From the NCBI GenBank assembly GCA_963666425.2, contig OY762825.2:2368001-2432000 (forward strand): 64,000 nt of DNA, given 5' to 3'. Shown here piece after piece: positions 62,721 to 64,000 of the stretch (position 1 is its first letter; each line of letters starts with the position of its first letter). Source of the DNA: Bacillota bacterium (lineage in GTDB: Bacteria > Bacillota > JAAYKD01). The translations under genes and the position numbers were made by a program. The notes beneath the pieces were generated by a model. The model was not told where the DNA came from and did not search any database. It saw only the letters and a program-made list of their open reading frames with translations.

Positions 62721-63033
62721 CTGCTCAAACGATATCAGACTTGGGTTCAATGCCTGATCATCGGACACTGCAATGAAAATTACTATGCAGAAGTGCATTG
62801 AAAAGGGGGATTAAGAAATAAGGTGAATTAGCAAAACGGCCAAATATTGCAGCCAATTAGGAGCTGCAGATCTATGATGTTGGAATCACAACAAGTGCAG
62901 GGTTCAGAAAAAGGGGAGCCGTAACGCCATTGAGCGTATGGAACCGGCTTTCAGCTTATCGTTATAATCATAGAAACAGTGGAGAGATTCCACAAAACTA
63001 CAAATTGAACAAACTATAATAGGAGGAAATACC

Positions 63034-63516
63034 ATGAACAGAAAATTAGTAGCCTATTTCTCCGTTAGTGGAGTGACTAAAAAAGCTGCGGAAAACCTTA
63101 GCAAAGCCATTGGTGCAGATCTATTTGAGATCAAACCGGAAGTCCCCTATACGACAAAAGATTTGAATTGGCGGGATAAAACCGCCCGCAGCACGATTGA
63201 AATGAACGACTTGAGTTTCCGTCCTGCCATCACCGGTAAATGCGAAAAAATAGACGACTATGATACCATTTTTGTTGGATTCCCGATTTGGTGGTACATT
63301 GCGCCGACCATTATCAACACCTTTTTAGAAGACTACGATCTATCGGGTAAAACCATCGTTCCCTTTGCTACCTCAGGCGGCAGCGGTATGGGTGAAACCA
63401 ACAAGAAGCTTCAGCCAAGTTGCCCGAACAGCAAACTCTTGGATGGCAAGATCCTCAACAGAGCTTCTGAAGCCGAACTAATCACTTGGATGGAAAGCTT
63501 GAAACTAGGAAATTAG
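63034..63516 (+). CDS. flavodoxin-like protein
   Basis: VAYFS.SGVT, GFPIWWY and PFATSGGSG. Confidence 0.9.
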   Translation: MNRKLVAYFSVSGVTKKAAENLSKAIGADLFEIKPEVPYTTKDLNWRDKTARSTIEMNDLSFRPAITGKCEKIDDYDTIFVGFPIWWYIAPTIINTFLEDYDLSGKTIVPFATSGGSGMGETNKKLQPSCPNSKLLDGKILNRASEAELITWMESLKLGN

Positions 63517-63576
63517 TGTACCAAGGGGACGGGGGTGTTGGCACACTGTGCCAACACCCCCGTCCCCTTGGTACAC
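63516..63576. repeat. perfect palindrome, REPIN-like copy 2
   Basis: 30-bp arms with a 1-nt centre, near-identical to copy 1. Confidence 0.9.
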
Positions 63577-63600
63577 GCTCGGATGAAAGAGAGAATAAAA

Positions 63601-64000
63601 ATGAGAAAATTCATCAAAGGCCTCGAACTCTGTGAACGCTTTTTTGATGAGGCTGTAAAACCTATTTTAACTGACCAATTTCCGTCTTTGCAGTATTCAG
63701 CCGGATTGATCGGCTACGGTTCGGATGTTCTGGGATTTGACGATGAAGTCTCCACCGATCATATGTGGGGACCGCGTCTTTATTTATTTCTCGAGGAAAA
63801 AGAGATCGGTTTCAAGGAGCGAATCCTTACCGTTTTATCAGAAAACCTTCCTTATATGTACTTGGGATACAGCGTGAATTTTTCTGTACCGAATACGGAA
63901 GACGGCGGTATACGACATGCGGAATTGATCACCAGTGGGGCAGTCTCGCCGCTGATTGATATCCATACAATCCATGAGTATTTGCTGGATTATCTTGGCA
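63601..64000 (+). CDS. DUF4037-like protein, runs off the window end
   Basis: Translated by hand: MRKFIKGLELCERFF...GLIGYGSDVLGFDDEVSTDHMWGPR. Absent from the ORF track because there is no stop in the window. Confidence 0.75.
   Translation, partial: MRKFIKGLELCERFFDEAVKPILTDQFPSLQYSAGLIGYGSDVLGFDDEVSTDHMWGPRLYLFLEEKEIGFKERILTVLSENLPYMYLGYSVNFSVPNTEDGGIRHAELITSGAVSPLIDIHTIHEYLLDYLG

Noticed and set aside
61964-63030. Integron attC sites (TAAC...GTTA) between the small genes
   Set aside because: No convincing paired R/L boxes and no integrase.

Overview
Chromosomal window from a Bacillota (Firmicutes) bacterium, probably a clostridia-like anaerobe: it has SLH proteins, a T-box, sigma-A promoters and a tmRNA. 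Housekeeping content includes gltX, T-box-regulated ileS, pepA, an rsgA-family GTPase, tadA, five tRNAs and ssrA. Accessory content: (i) a decayed island at about 8.8-13.9 kb with a broken IS1182-family element, an intact XRE / ImmA-IrrE protease / PIN / DUF2188 operon and a serine-recombinase remnant; (ii) two divergent giant SLH-anchored repeat proteins (2058 aa and about 4985 aa) filling 27-49 kb; (iii) small genes after the tmRNA bracketed by two perfect REPIN-like palindromes. The best candidates for new biology are the XRE-ImmA-PIN-DUF2188 module, a tadA CDS that runs into tRNA-Ser inside a tRNA operon, an RGP/GT75-like orphan gene with a three-way-junction leader, a uORF attenuator on rsgA-GNAT, a DUF5685 (DDxxD) / Cys-tailed J-protein operon near an atypical DnaK, and the REPIN-like palindromes. 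All family names come from motif recognition by eye; no database search was run.
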